Source: a virus
DNA length: 64,000 bases
Reading direction: 5' to 3' (one strand)
IMG/VR virus record: IMGVR_UViG_3300047564_003843
Location: 1-64,000 of that record
Position numbers and translations under genes: made by a program. Positions 29,355 through 38,622 of this stretch are shown here, piece by piece (position 1 is the stretch's first letter; the number at the start of each line of letters is the position of its first letter). The notes under the pieces are model-generated. The model made no database searches and was not told the origin of the DNA. It saw nothing but the letters and a program-made list of their open reading frames with translations.

Positions 29355-29461
29355 CTGAGTTGTCCTCTCGTCATTTTTAGGTATACACGGAGCAACATCT
29401 TGTTTCCGACCCTCTAGAGTTAAAGTCGTTCAGGTGACCACTGCTGGACTCCGTGTATGAA

Positions 29462-29494
29462 AGTAATCATTTCATTTACCTGCAACTTTGTCAA
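29462..29494 (-). promoter_or_regulatory. Early promoter
   Basis: TTGACA-aagtTGCAGGTAAATG. Confidence 0.55.
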
Positions 29495-29664
29495 ACTCAT
29501 TTCTAGCGTGTCGCAAACATTTCTTTTGCGAGCGCCACCACCACCGCACCCACCATCTCCGCCGCAGGTGCATCATTGTGAAGTTGTTTGGTTGTTCACC
29601 ATTACATAAACCGGGCCGATCAAAAATTTTTACCCCAGCGGCAGCGGCAGCTTTCCAACAAAAG

Positions 29665-29697
29665 AAAAACTCCCGCATCTTTCGACACGGGAGTTCT
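29665..29697 (-). terminator. Intrinsic terminator
   Basis: AACTCCCG...CGGGAGTT stem with U run on the minus strand. Confidence 0.6.
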
Positions 29698-29710
29698 TGT
29701 TCTTCGACGC

Positions 29711-29929
29711 TTAGTTAATACTCCACGCTCCGAAGTCAATGTCACTTGCTTCACGACGGGAGTCTGCCCAAGCCATTTCTCCGTAGTAATACTTCTTCTT
29801 CTTCGTTGCTTTGTTTGTAACTGCCCAATAGTCCTGATAAAACTCTGCTGTTCCAACTGAAACTGATACTAAGTCGCTGTCGTAGACAACTTCCCAATTC
29901 TTTACTTTGGTAACACTTGGCTTTGCCAT
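29711..29929 (-). CDS. Hypothetical early protein
   Basis: 72 aa; own promoter and AACGACGAAAGG RBS. Confidence 0.6.
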   Translation of the reverse strand: MAKPSVTKVKNWEVVYDSDLVSVSVGTAEFYQDYWAVTNKATKKKKYYYGEMAWADSRREASDIDFGAWSIN

Positions 29930-29956
29930 AGCAATCCTTTCGTCGTTGTTGAAAGT

Positions 29957-29985
29957 AATCTAACACTTTCCTGCATCTTTGTCAA
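29957..29985 (-). promoter_or_regulatory. Early promoter
   Basis: TTGACA-aagaTGCAGGAAAGTGt-TAGATT (17-nt spacer). Confidence 0.7.
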
Positions 29986-30170
29986 GCATTTGCAAGAAAG
30001 TCACCAAATAATCCGTGCATCATTAAAAAGTTATTCGCACCTGGTGCAGGAATTTGCTGCTGACCTAGATTTTTTGCTTCAGCTCCCGGAATTTTTACCC
30101 CGCAATTCCGCACGCATCTGGACAAAAGAAAAACCCCCACATCTCTGCGGGGGCTTCTCGTTACTGCTTT

Positions 30171-30533
30171 TTACTTAGCGACTAGCACCACATACTTGCT
30201 AAGGGTTTGTGTTGCTTCGTATGCCTCTGGAAAGGCGGTCTTTAGGGCTTCGGTGTCAATACCGCGACGCTCGCGGTGTGATACTTCAAGACGGAGAGTT
30301 CCATCTGGTAGAAGTCCCTGTGTAGCCTCACCAAGATAAGTCTTGATTTGTGCCTCTAGTTCCTTCTTTTCTTTTTCCATCTTTGTGATGAGGTCACGCT
30401 TTTCAATGAACTGCTCAATCACAATCTGGGTTGCTTTGTCGAGATAAACGGCATTTGCCTTTGTCTCAACTGTGGTTGTTACTTCTACTACTGCTGGTGT
30501 TGCTATTGTCTTTGTAACTGTTGCCTTAGACAT
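30171..30533 (-). CDS. Coiled-coil protein resembling the C-terminal part of YqaJ-type phage recombination proteins
   Basis: KKELEAQIKTYLGEA..RRGIDTEALKTAFPEAY. Confidence 0.5.
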   Translation of the reverse strand: MSKATVTKTIATPAVVEVTTTVETKANAVYLDKATQIVIEQFIEKRDLITKMEKEKKELEAQIKTYLGEATQGLLPDGTLRLEVSHRERRGIDTEALKTAFPEAYEATQTLSKYVVLVAK

Positions 30534-30611
30534 AACTAAGACTCCTTTTCATTTCGTCATTTCTCTCGGAGACTTCCTCAGAGAGGTTCTCAGGTTTCCC
30601 TGATAGATAGA

Positions 30612-30677
30612 ACATTACACGACCTTCCTGACATCTGTCAAGTCAAGTCAAGCACTTTTTGGTAACGATTTGGTAAC
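30612..30677 (-). promoter_or_regulatory. Early promoter with GTTAC-N6-GTTAC box
   Basis: TTGACA(30641)-gatgtCAGGAAGGTcgtg-TAATGT; direct repeat 20 nt upstream of the -35. Confidence 0.65.
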
Positions 30678-30901
30678 AAGTTTTGATACTTTTGATGGTT
30701 GATGGGCTATACCATCTGAACAAGTGAGTTCGCCAAAGGCATCTACCCACCCAAAGTCTTGATGGAGTTCCCAACCGCATCTAACGCAAACGCTTAGCAT
30801 TTACCGCACCCTGCGTGATGTGTGTAATCACTTTCCTTGATGGAGAACGGGCTTCCGCATCTCCAACAATGTATGTAAATAATGACGGGTTTTTTCGCCA
30901 T
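30648..30901 (-). CDS. Two tiny overlapping Zn-finger-like ORFs (30794-30901, 35 aa; 30648-30800, 50 aa)
   Basis: MAKKPV..CWRCG..CGKC and MLSVCVRCG..C..H; downstream of promoter 30924-30954 and the extended RBS. Confidence 0.45.
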
Positions 30902-30978
30902 TTCTACTCCTTTCGTCGTTGGAAGTATTCTTGCACTTACCTGCACTCTTGTCAAACACATTTTGCTGGGCGTGTCGC

Positions 30979-31464
30979 TTAGTGGTGGAAACTCACCGCA
31001 ACTAGGTATTGCATCTCAGGGGCAAGTTCGCAACGCTCTCTAAAGGCTTTGAGATTTGCTGACCAAGTTTCTAGGTCATAGACGGCACTATCCATAGTCC
31101 ATCTATCTTCCAAGATGCTGGCTATCTTTCTAATCTCATAGATACGGAAGTCATCTTCTGTGTAACCACCTGACTTGAACGGGTCGTAATTTTCAACAGA
31201 TTTTTTCAAATCGAAATTTTTTACCCGGTCGTAATACCTCTTCAGTTCAGCTTCCCGTTCTGCAACCATCTCGTTAAACATCATCTTGCCAATGGTTGTT
31301 GAGTAGGGAACCGCTTCTTCCTTGTCGAAGAACTCAACTACATCGTGATAATCCGACCAATCAGGTGTAGGCGAACCATCACCTTCAAGCAAACCAAGAA
31401 CAGACCGCTTTGCGTCTTCTGCGCTTTCTGCTTCTACCAACATCAACTGAATAACTCTTGCCAT
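30979..31464 (-). CDS. Conserved phage hypothetical protein
   Basis: PDWSDY..QYLVAVSFHH pattern. Confidence 0.6.
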   Translation of the reverse strand: MARVIQLMLVEAESAEDAKRSVLGLLEGDGSPTPDWSDYHDVVEFFDKEEAVPYSTTIGKMMFNEMVAEREAELKRYYDRVKNFDLKKSVENYDPFKSGGYTEDDFRIYEIRKIASILEDRWTMDSAVYDLETWSANLKAFRERCELAPEMQYLVAVSFHH

Positions 31465-31496
31465 CGTCGTTTTCTCCTACCCGTTATTTTTACCCG

Positions 31497-31949
31497 TTAC
31501 ACCATCTCCAAGCCAACATTTTCAATGGCTTGTGCGTTCTGCTTCTCTTCTTGTAACCAAGAAATAGCACTCCGTATTGCGTCCCACACATCGTGCGTCA
31601 CCGTATCAAGATGCTCGCCATCGCAATACAAATCGAACCAACTGTTATTGACAATCTCTAAGTCACCGCTTTCGGTTGCCTGATTTAGCAACTCGTCCGT
31701 CGTGTAGTCGTGCATTATCAAATCCCCGCCGTATGTATAACGCTGGCCATTTGTTCTATCACGAACATCGGTAATGCCGTCGCAATAAATGTCCACCGAG
31801 AACTCAGCTATTTTTACCCCTGCCACAAATCGTGAAGAGTTGCCGTCGCAATAAAACATCGCGTCCCGTTTATCTTCGTGCATCGGCAAACCGCTATCCC
31901 ACTCAACTGTTGCACCTACATTGTCAAGTAGTGGTTGTATGCCGTCCAT
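31497..31949 (-). CDS. Hypothetical early protein
   Basis: 150 aa; NNSWF motif; extended RBS. Confidence 0.6.
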   Translation of the reverse strand: MDGIQPLLDNVGATVEWDSGLPMHEDKRDAMFYCDGNSSRFVAGVKIAEFSVDIYCDGITDVRDRTNGQRYTYGGDLIMHDYTTDELLNQATESGDLEIVNNSWFDLYCDGEHLDTVTHDVWDAIRSAISWLQEEKQNAQAIENVGLEMV

Positions 31950-32082
31950 TTTTACCCGCCTTTCGTCGTTTGGTGGGAAACCCCGCCGTGACCGACGGGG
32001 CTTCCACTTTTACCTTCATCTTGTTTGGACAACGCGCTGGAAGGACGCATAACAAGACTCAGGTTGAGAGTTCGCCGTATTG

Positions 32083-33852
32083 CTACCGCGTTCCCACATT
32101 TGTTAGAACTCGCTCTGCCGTCCTTCCGATTTCTACGGAAGCCGATACAGGGTCAAGCACACCTGACATTACCACGCCCGATTTATTATCGAGTAAAGAC
32201 TTAGCGTAATGACCGCCATCAAAAGGAAGCCATAAAACCGCAACGCCTGACTCGGCGCAACGCTTTGTCCAATGACGAGCCTTTATTTTTTCTTCGTGTG
32301 TGTATTGTCCATCTGAAACAATTACAAGTAAGCGAGCGCCACTTCCATTGAGAAGATTTAGTGCGCCATCAAGTGCGCGAAATGCTTTGTCAAACTTTTC
32401 AGTTGAGTCGCTCGCAGAATAAACACGAACTTCTTCAAGGTGTTGTCCTGCCTTCAAGGTGGGAAAAACATCTGAACCATAATAAACCATCGCACATCTT
32501 CCTTGAACTCTGCGAGTTGCTTCAGACATAACCCACGCAGTTGTAGCCATTGGCTTCATCGCATCTCCCATAGAACCTGAAATGTCCACCATCACGCCAA
32601 CTGTAAGAGTTGTTTCTTCTGTCTGCTTACGAACTGTGCGACGCCACGCTTCTGTTTGTTGCACAATTCCGCGTGACTTCATCGCGGCATTTTGGACGAG
32701 TGCGCGAGAGCGCAATCTTCCGGGAGGAATAATCGAAGTAATCTCTGTCGCATCTCTGTCACGATACTTTGCTTTTTCTAGCATCTTAGAAATCGTAACT
32801 GCCGCGATGCGCTCTGCGCTAGTTGGCTTACGAACTTCTACGAGAGTCGAGTTTGTGTTTCCACCTGTTTCTGTTGTGGATTTATTGAAAACTTTTTTTG
32901 CCACATCTTTGTTGTCATTTTCTTCTTTGGCTTGGTTTGCTTTTGACTTTGCTTCCTCTGCCATTTCCTCAGACATTTGTTGGTCTGATAGCGCCATACT
33001 TGTTGAAACTGACATTTCATCTGAAGCCTCTTCTAATGCTTCCATAAGAGCCTGAGCGAAAGCCTGAGCCATCTGCTCATCTTTCTCGCCCTTCTCTTCT
33101 TTCACATCGCGAATAATCTTCGCCCACTCTTTTGCTAATGGATAGAGAAGAGTTTCTCCCTGAGTTGGGAAGTCAATAATAGTTTCGCGGAAAGTTTTAG
33201 AAATCTCTCGCAACTTAGAAACAACTTCTTCACCTAAGAAATCTAAAACTTGCTTTTCGATACCTGCAACTTCATCAGCATCTATGATGCCCGCATCAAC
33301 GCGAGCCAACACTAAACCAATCGCACTAGCGCAACTTTGAGTAGTTGAAGTGCTTGCTTCCATTTCTTTTGCATCTGCGATAACTATTTCCATCGCGCAA
33401 GAGCGTAGAAAGTTTAGAGAGTCAGGTTTGTGCCAAACACCCTGAGTTTCAATGCGACCTTCTTCAAGTAACATCAAAGCTTCAACTTCATCTTTTTCTA
33501 AATCTTTGTGAGCCTTTGGTATGTCAAAAATAGAAAACTTTGCGTGAAACGCTTCGTGAAGTATTGCGCCTGTTGCTTTAGGAAACTCATACTGCTGAGT
33601 GCGCTCGCGTAAATCTCCAACCATCATTGGAGTTGTTACTTTGCCAAACGCAATCTCTGTATTTACTTCAACCTCTGCGAGCGCAGGGTTGTAACACGCT
33701 GGTGCGCTACCACCTGCACCTTCACCTACATAAGCGATTAGGTCTGACCTATCAGACCAAGTATTTACAAGTTCGCCTATCTGTGCGCCTACGCCTAACC
33801 ACTCTTTCGGAGTGGACTCTGCTCTAGTGGCAGAAATCTTTATGTGTGCCAT
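32083..33852 (-). CDS. VWA-domain protein with N-terminal HExxH metallopeptidase-like region (CobT-like architecture)
   Basis: ILHEAFH..LEEGRIE; MIDAS VDISGSM..T..IVSDG. Confidence 0.8.
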   Translation of the reverse strand: MAHIKISATRAESTPKEWLGVGAQIGELVNTWSDRSDLIAYVGEGAGGSAPACYNPALAEVEVNTEIAFGKVTTPMMVGDLRERTQQYEFPKATGAILHEAFHAKFSIFDIPKAHKDLEKDEVEALMLLEEGRIETQGVWHKPDSLNFLRSCAMEIVIADAKEMEASTSTTQSCASAIGLVLARVDAGIIDADEVAGIEKQVLDFLGEEVVSKLREISKTFRETIIDFPTQGETLLYPLAKEWAKIIRDVKEEKGEKDEQMAQAFAQALMEALEEASDEMSVSTSMALSDQQMSEEMAEEAKSKANQAKEENDNKDVAKKVFNKSTTETGGNTNSTLVEVRKPTSAERIAAVTISKMLEKAKYRDRDATEITSIIPPGRLRSRALVQNAAMKSRGIVQQTEAWRRTVRKQTEETTLTVGVMVDISGSMGDAMKPMATTAWVMSEATRRVQGRCAMVYYGSDVFPTLKAGQHLEEVRVYSASDSTEKFDKAFRALDGALNLLNGSGARLLVIVSDGQYTHEEKIKARHWTKRCAESGVAVLWLPFDGGHYAKSLLDNKSGVVMSGVLDPVSASVEIGRTAERVLTNVGTR

Positions 33853-33995
33853 TTCGTCGTTCCTTCCATTTATGTCTTTGTCCGAGACAGGTAAATACTA
33901 TAATGAAAATGCTTTGGGTGTCAAGTAGGGAGAGTAGGGGGCGCGACACCCAATGAAGCGCCCCCCACCTGTTCAACGAAAATCCGACATAGGGG

Positions 33996-35039
33996 TTAGA
34001 TTTTCGCTGGCTTGACCTCTTCCCCATAAGCCCTTGTCAGCACATCGGCAACGACAGGTCTGTCTATTTCGGGGGCAGAGGCAAGAAGGTTCGAGATAGC
34101 GAAAGTATTGCCAAAAGTTTTCGCAACATCTCGGAAAGCAATAAGTTCTCGCATTTGTGGAGACCAAGAAACTTCATTTGATACTTGCTTCTTAGCAAGA
34201 TTTTGTGAAGCAGTAACCATCGCAGTTGGAACTCCAAGCTTTTTTGCGAGCGCCCAATCAGTAGTCATTTCAACTTGAATAGTGAAACGAGATAACAACG
34301 CTTCAGAAAGTCTAACTCCCGGAGCATTTGGATTTGTCGCAGCGACTACGAAAAAGTTTTCGTGAGCCTTGATAGTGCCACGCTCAGGATTTGCGGTGAC
34401 AACTAACTCGCGTCGTCCGTCCATCAAACCATAAGCAAGTGACAAAACCTTTGGGTCAATCAAACCAATTTCGTCAATGAAATAAACTTTGCCATTGACG
34501 GCGGCATCTATCAAACCACCATCAACCCAATCGAAACCACCACTTGGAGTTTGGACATAGCCACCAACTAAGTCAGCGACTTCTGTGTCACCTGTTCCCA
34601 TAAGTGTGACAACATCTTCACCAAACGCTGCTTCGACCATCGCAGTTTTTCCGCAACCCGGAGCGCCATAAATAAGTGCGAACATTGGAGAACCACCTTC
34701 ACCTGCGAAAGACTTCATTGTCATTTCTCTCGCTTTGCGAAGTGCCATAACATCTGAGTGTTCGCCCCACTTGCGACCAAAATACAAATCGCCATTTGGT
34801 CGAGCATAAGACTCAGCGCCTTCCATACTCTCGACACTAATAACTTGCTTTGACTTGCGTGGCGCTCTGTCAGAACCACTTGCGCGAGCAACATAACGCC
34901 CCGCAGGGTTCACTACTGCTGAAAGAGTTTTTGTTGAACTCTCAGATACTGCCTGTGCAACAACTTCTTCAGCGAATTGCCATAGTGTGCTACTCCCACC
35001 TAGTGAAGAGTATTTTTCTCTAAGATTTACATTTTCCAT
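33996..35039 (-). CDS. MoxR/CbbQ/CobS-family AAA+ ATPase
   Basis: Walker A GAPGCGKT, Walker B YFIDE, AATNP, ALLSRF. Confidence 0.9.
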   Translation of the reverse strand: MENVNLREKYSSLGGSSTLWQFAEEVVAQAVSESSTKTLSAVVNPAGRYVARASGSDRAPRKSKQVISVESMEGAESYARPNGDLYFGRKWGEHSDVMALRKAREMTMKSFAGEGGSPMFALIYGAPGCGKTAMVEAAFGEDVVTLMGTGDTEVADLVGGYVQTPSGGFDWVDGGLIDAAVNGKVYFIDEIGLIDPKVLSLAYGLMDGRRELVVTANPERGTIKAHENFFVVAATNPNAPGVRLSEALLSRFTIQVEMTTDWALAKKLGVPTAMVTASQNLAKKQVSNEVSWSPQMRELIAFRDVAKTFGNTFAISNLLASAPEIDRPVVADVLTRAYGEEVKPAKI

Positions 35040-35059
35040 TTCCCTATGTCCTTTTCTCT

Positions 35060-35515
35060 CTACGCTATGAGTTCTTCAGGGAACTCGCTTGCTTCACGCA
35101 CTAAACCAATGCGATAAAGCAACTTGTTGGGTGTCTTACCTGTTCGGATTTCTTCTAAATCCTTTTTTGATACTTCCACAAGGAAAGCATCTTTTACAAT
35201 CTGCCAACCACCATTGTTTATCGCATCAAACAAATCCATAGCGAAAAACAATCTTTGAGTAGCAAACGCTTCTTTCTTTTCATCATCAAGCATTACTCCA
35301 CCTAGTTCAGTTATTGCGTGATTAGGTATTGGAGAGTTACGCCATTGTTTCTTTGGGGAAGCAGGTGTTACCACTCTGCGAAACAAATTGGCAGGAACAT
35401 CTTTGCCATCTGTTGTGTAACCATCAGGGGTGATGATTATTTGCATTGTTGCTCCGGGCTTACGGAACTCTGCATAAACTCCTACGCCCTGAACTTCTTT
35501 CGTGTTATCTAGCAT
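35060..35515 (-). CDS. Hypothetical early protein
   Basis: 151 aa; extended RBS. Confidence 0.6.
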   Translation of the reverse strand: MLDNTKEVQGVGVYAEFRKPGATMQIIITPDGYTTDGKDVPANLFRRVVTPASPKKQWRNSPIPNHAITELGGVMLDDEKKEAFATQRLFFAMDLFDAINNGGWQIVKDAFLVEVSKKDLEEIRTGKTPNKLLYRIGLVREASEFPEELIA

Positions 35516-35556
35516 TGGGTGTCCTTTCGTCGTTGTTGGTGCTAGTGAAAACTAAT

Positions 35557-36048
35557 CTACCATCTCTCTGCTAAATGTGCAAACTCTTCAGCAAAAAGAT
35601 TTTCAGGTGTCGTGGTCTTTCCGAAAACTGAGGTGTAGAGGGCTAGACCCTCAGACCACTCTTCCCACCCCCCATCTGAGGAAACTTCAACTTGCTTCCC
35701 AAAAACATCTTTGATGAGTATTAGGGTTGCACAAACTAAAGTGTCGTAAGGGTGCATTTGGGTTTTGCAAAAGTTGAAAGAAGTTTTTGCATCTTTATCC
35801 CAATCAGGTGCAGGTGGCACGATTTGAGAGAAATGAAAAGTTTCGCACGCTTGTGGTTCTAAACCATTGAAAGCGATGCGCTCGCCACTTGCTTCCCAAG
35901 CGCCAGCCTTTTCTCCAAAAGCATCTGCAACTACAATGCCATTGAGGTCAGCTTTTTTTACTAACTCGATAAAACCTTTACGAACCTTTTCATAAAGTTC
36001 AGGCTCGTTACTATCGAGACTTCTTTTTAGATAATGGGTGTATCCCAT
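35557..36048 (-). CDS. Conserved phage protein
   Basis: MGYTHY..CETF..FNFCKT..PYD..VSSDG pattern. Confidence 0.65.
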   Translation of the reverse strand: MGYTHYLKRSLDSNEPELYEKVRKGFIELVKKADLNGIVVADAFGEKAGAWEASGERIAFNGLEPQACETFHFSQIVPPAPDWDKDAKTSFNFCKTQMHPYDTLVCATLILIKDVFGKQVEVSSDGGWEEWSEGLALYTSVFGKTTTPENLFAEEFAHLAERW

Positions 36049-36078
36049 TTGGGTGTCCTTTCGTCGTTTGACAGGAAA

Positions 36079-36107
36079 AGATTATTTCATCTTCCTGCCA
36101 TTGTCAA
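36079..36107 (-). promoter_or_regulatory. Early promoter
   Basis: TTGACA-atgGCAGGAAGATGaaa-TAATCT (17 nt). Confidence 0.7.
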
Positions 36108-36266
36108 GTAGAACACCAAAACTTTTTGATTTATTTCCTGACCCTGTGGGGATAAAAATGGCGAGCGCCAAAAAAAAGGTGAGCAGTTTTGTGACTTGCT
36201 CAGGTCTACGTGGGATAACGACGAAGAAACCCACGTAAGATTTTTACCCTATCAAGGGCCTAACTG

Positions 36267-36602
36267 TCAAGCTGGGTCCCGCGGCATGAAGTCATCGAGG
36301 TCAATACCGTATTGCTCGAACTTGTCATACAACACCGACATCTCCTCAGGCTTCTCGTAGGACTCCGTTATTAACCGTGCGACATTTGCACGCTGGCTAT
36401 CCGATGCTGACTCGAGGATTTCCCAATCTACTTCTCTCCAAAATGTAGTTTCCAATACGAGCAGACCGCTAGCGTCTCCGTAGTTCCCGTCAAGCGCGAA
36501 GTAACCTAGCGAGCGCTCTACAGGCTGCGGGTCTACTATTTTTACCTCTATAGGCGAGCCGTCTTCTACAAGCTCCGCGTCTAGAATCTCGTTCTCTTCC
36601 AT
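36267..36602 (-). CDS. Acidic hypothetical protein
   Basis: 111 aa; YFALDGNYGDA motif. Confidence 0.55.
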   Translation of the reverse strand: MEENEILDAELVEDGSPIEVKIVDPQPVERSLGYFALDGNYGDASGLLVLETTFWREVDWEILESASDSQRANVARLITESYEKPEEMSVLYDKFEQYGIDLDDFMPRDPA

Positions 36603-36694
36603 CCCGTTTTTTACCCTTCCGTTTCAATAAACTAATACTACCCTGCCGTTTGGTATGGGTGGGGCTTTTTTACCCCACCCACGCCGTGCCGTTC

Positions 36695-37420
36695 TTAGAC
36701 AATCATCTCGCTGATGTCCTCAAACTTCTGAATTACTTCTTCCGTCTTTTTGGCTTCTTGGGCGAGCCGTTCTTCTCGGTCAGGGCAGTCCTCATACCAC
36801 TCCTCAGGTTCATCCGAATAGTGGGCACAGGAACATCCGTCTGCGTTATCCCTTGCCACATAATCAGCGTGGCTTTCAGGAATGTCCCACTCTTCAACTA
36901 CAACTAACTCGCCGTTCTCGCTGGCATACTTCACGCCCCAGCCTTGCTCCTCTTCGCAATCAAACTCAAAGGTAAGTTCTGGATGTTGCTCAACCATTGC
37001 TCGGTAAGCACCTTCGGCAGGAGACCAAGCCGTAGAGAACTGATAACGAACCTCGCCTCTGGTTGAAATGTTATCTTCGTAGTAGAGGTCGCTACAATCC
37101 CACTTAGTTCCCCAGTTGCGGATGTTCCAGTCATACCAGCCATCTGACTTGAACTGCATAGAGACAGCCATCTTCTCTTCAACACTTAGTTCGTCATAAC
37201 CTTCTGGCTTGTAATCACTTGCCCCAAAGTAAAGTTGCTTGTTTTCTGGTTCTATGAAGTTCCAAAATGAAAGTTCTTTTTCTGAAACTTCTTCTTTTGT
37301 TTCATTTGTTTTCCAGTCCATCCAATAAGTTGTGTGAGGCTTGGTCGCCTTTTCAACAAACTTCTTGAGGTCTGCTTCTTCTCCTGTGATAACCACAGTA
37401 TTGAATACCCAGTTTGGCAT
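36695..37420 (-). CDS. DUF1281/Api92-like ferredoxin-fold protein
   Basis: MPNWVFN..WYDWNIRNWGTKWD..FSTAWSP. Confidence 0.75.
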   Translation of the reverse strand: MPNWVFNTVVITGEEADLKKFVEKATKPHTTYWMDWKTNETKEEVSEKELSFWNFIEPENKQLYFGASDYKPEGYDELSVEEKMAVSMQFKSDGWYDWNIRNWGTKWDCSDLYYEDNISTRGEVRYQFSTAWSPAEGAYRAMVEQHPELTFEFDCEEEQGWGVKYASENGELVVVEEWDIPESHADYVARDNADGCSCAHYSDEPEEWYEDCPDREERLAQEAKKTEEVIQKFEDISEMIV

Positions 37421-37466
37421 TTTTATCCTTTCGTCGTTTTGGATAGTTCCATTTGGAACAGGTTTA

Positions 37467-37712
37467 TTATTTCACATCTCCACACTTTTCGCAAGTGCTC
37501 ATACAACAATCGCAATAGTTTTCGTGAGAGTTGTGGGAACAGCAGTCAGTATTGACAGCAACAAAATCCCACTTGGCGTTGATTTCATAATCCTCGAAGT
37601 CATCTGAAATCCAGTCATCAAGTTTGTTGATGGCGTCGTCTTCACTCTCTGCCTCGCCCACCTCAACCGCATACTCTTTGGTGAGGGTCGCATAGATTTT
37701 ATAGGTCGCCAT
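37467..37712 (-). CDS. Hypothetical protein with Cys-rich tail
   Basis: 81-aa coupled ORF. Confidence 0.5.
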   Translation of the reverse strand: MATYKIYATLTKEYAVEVGEAESEDDAINKLDDWISDDFEDYEINAKWDFVAVNTDCCSHNSHENYCDCCMSTCEKCGDVK

Positions 37713-38041
37713 TAGTCTTCATCCATCCAATCGAATCCCTGTGGAATGATGTTGATGAATCCTTCATTTGGGTCTGAAGGATTTGTGTTCACTGCTTGAA
37801 CGAATCGCAGTCCACAAGAGTTATCGAACCACTCCATTACTTTCTTTGACATTTCTTCAGGTGTCATTTCATCTGAAGTAATAAGTGGGTCGTATCCATA
37901 CTGGCGCATTAGAGCAACCTGCTCGTCGTCCATAAGAACATAGATTTTGTGGCAGGTGTCCCAAGCGATTGCTTTTGCGCTCGCTGTGTATTCATCAAGT
38001 TTTTCTGCTTCATAAACTTTATAGTTCGACATCAAAGACAC
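37712..38041 (-). CDS. Conserved phage hypothetical protein
   Basis: IAWDTCHKIYVLMD..SCGLRFV pattern. Confidence 0.6.
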   Translation of the reverse strand: MSLMSNYKVYEAEKLDEYTASAKAIAWDTCHKIYVLMDDEQVALMRQYGYDPLITSDEMTPEEMSKKVMEWFDNSCGLRFVQAVNTNPSDPNEGFINIIPQGFDWMDED

Positions 38042-38216
38042 CTACGCCTTCTTTGTAATCTTCAATGATGTCTGTGAGCAAACCATCAAGAAAGTTTTCA
38101 GCACGACCTTCTAGTTCGTCGGCAACTTTTTCCCATTGCTCATCTGTGATGAAAGCAGAAATCATTCCCTCGAAATCATCTTTCGAGATGGTGCTTATGT
38201 TCACTACCTTTGCCAT
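38019..38216 (-). CDS. Acidic hypothetical protein
   Basis: 65 aa; promoter 38251-38279 and extended RBS. Confidence 0.55.
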   Translation of the reverse strand: MAKVVNISTISKDDFEGMISAFITDEQWEKVADELEGRAENFLDGLLTDIIEDYKEGVGVFDVEL

Positions 38217-38367
38217 TTGTATCCTTTCGTCGTTTTACTTGGCATAACAAACATTACATCATCTACCTGATAAAAGCAAATCTCGCCACACCTGACTAGA
38301 CATCTTGGTAATCAAAAAGTTATTTGAAAGTTTGGACTGGCCTGGGGCCCTGGACCTGGACGAAAAG

Positions 38368-38559
38368 TTATTGGGAAGTTCCTGCTGATGGCGGATCAGA
38401 CATCAACGATTCTTGAACAGCCTCAATGTTTTTTACCCCGCGGGTTCTACGACGCTTCGTGCGTCGGTCCTCAAAGACTTGGGACTTCTGGTTCTGCACA
38501 TAGTTTCCAGGCACGCCCCGTGTTAAACGACGCAGTTCATCCCGTTCTTTTTTACCCAT
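38368..38559 (-). CDS. Small basic protein
   Basis: MGKKERDELRR..FEDRRTKRRRTR; leaderless TATTAT-6nt-ATG. Confidence 0.45.
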   Translation of the reverse strand: MGKKERDELRRLTRGVPGNYVQNQKSQVFEDRRTKRRRTRGVKNIEAVQESLMSDPPSAGTSQ

Positions 38560-38622
38560 AGCAAAATAATAAACCCGTGGGCTCGCAGTGAGCTCCACGG
38601 GCTTACCGTAGTTATTTGGATG

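Noticed and set aside
29400-29435. Hammerhead-like CTGA..GA..GAAAC on the minus strand (also CTGACGAG at ~21068)
   Set aside because: Core spacing and stem II/III pairing do not fit the hammerhead consensus.
32083-35039. Annotation as cobaltochelatase CobS/CobT
   Set aside because: No cobN or other cobalamin synthesis genes in the window; a generic MoxR/VWA call is safer.
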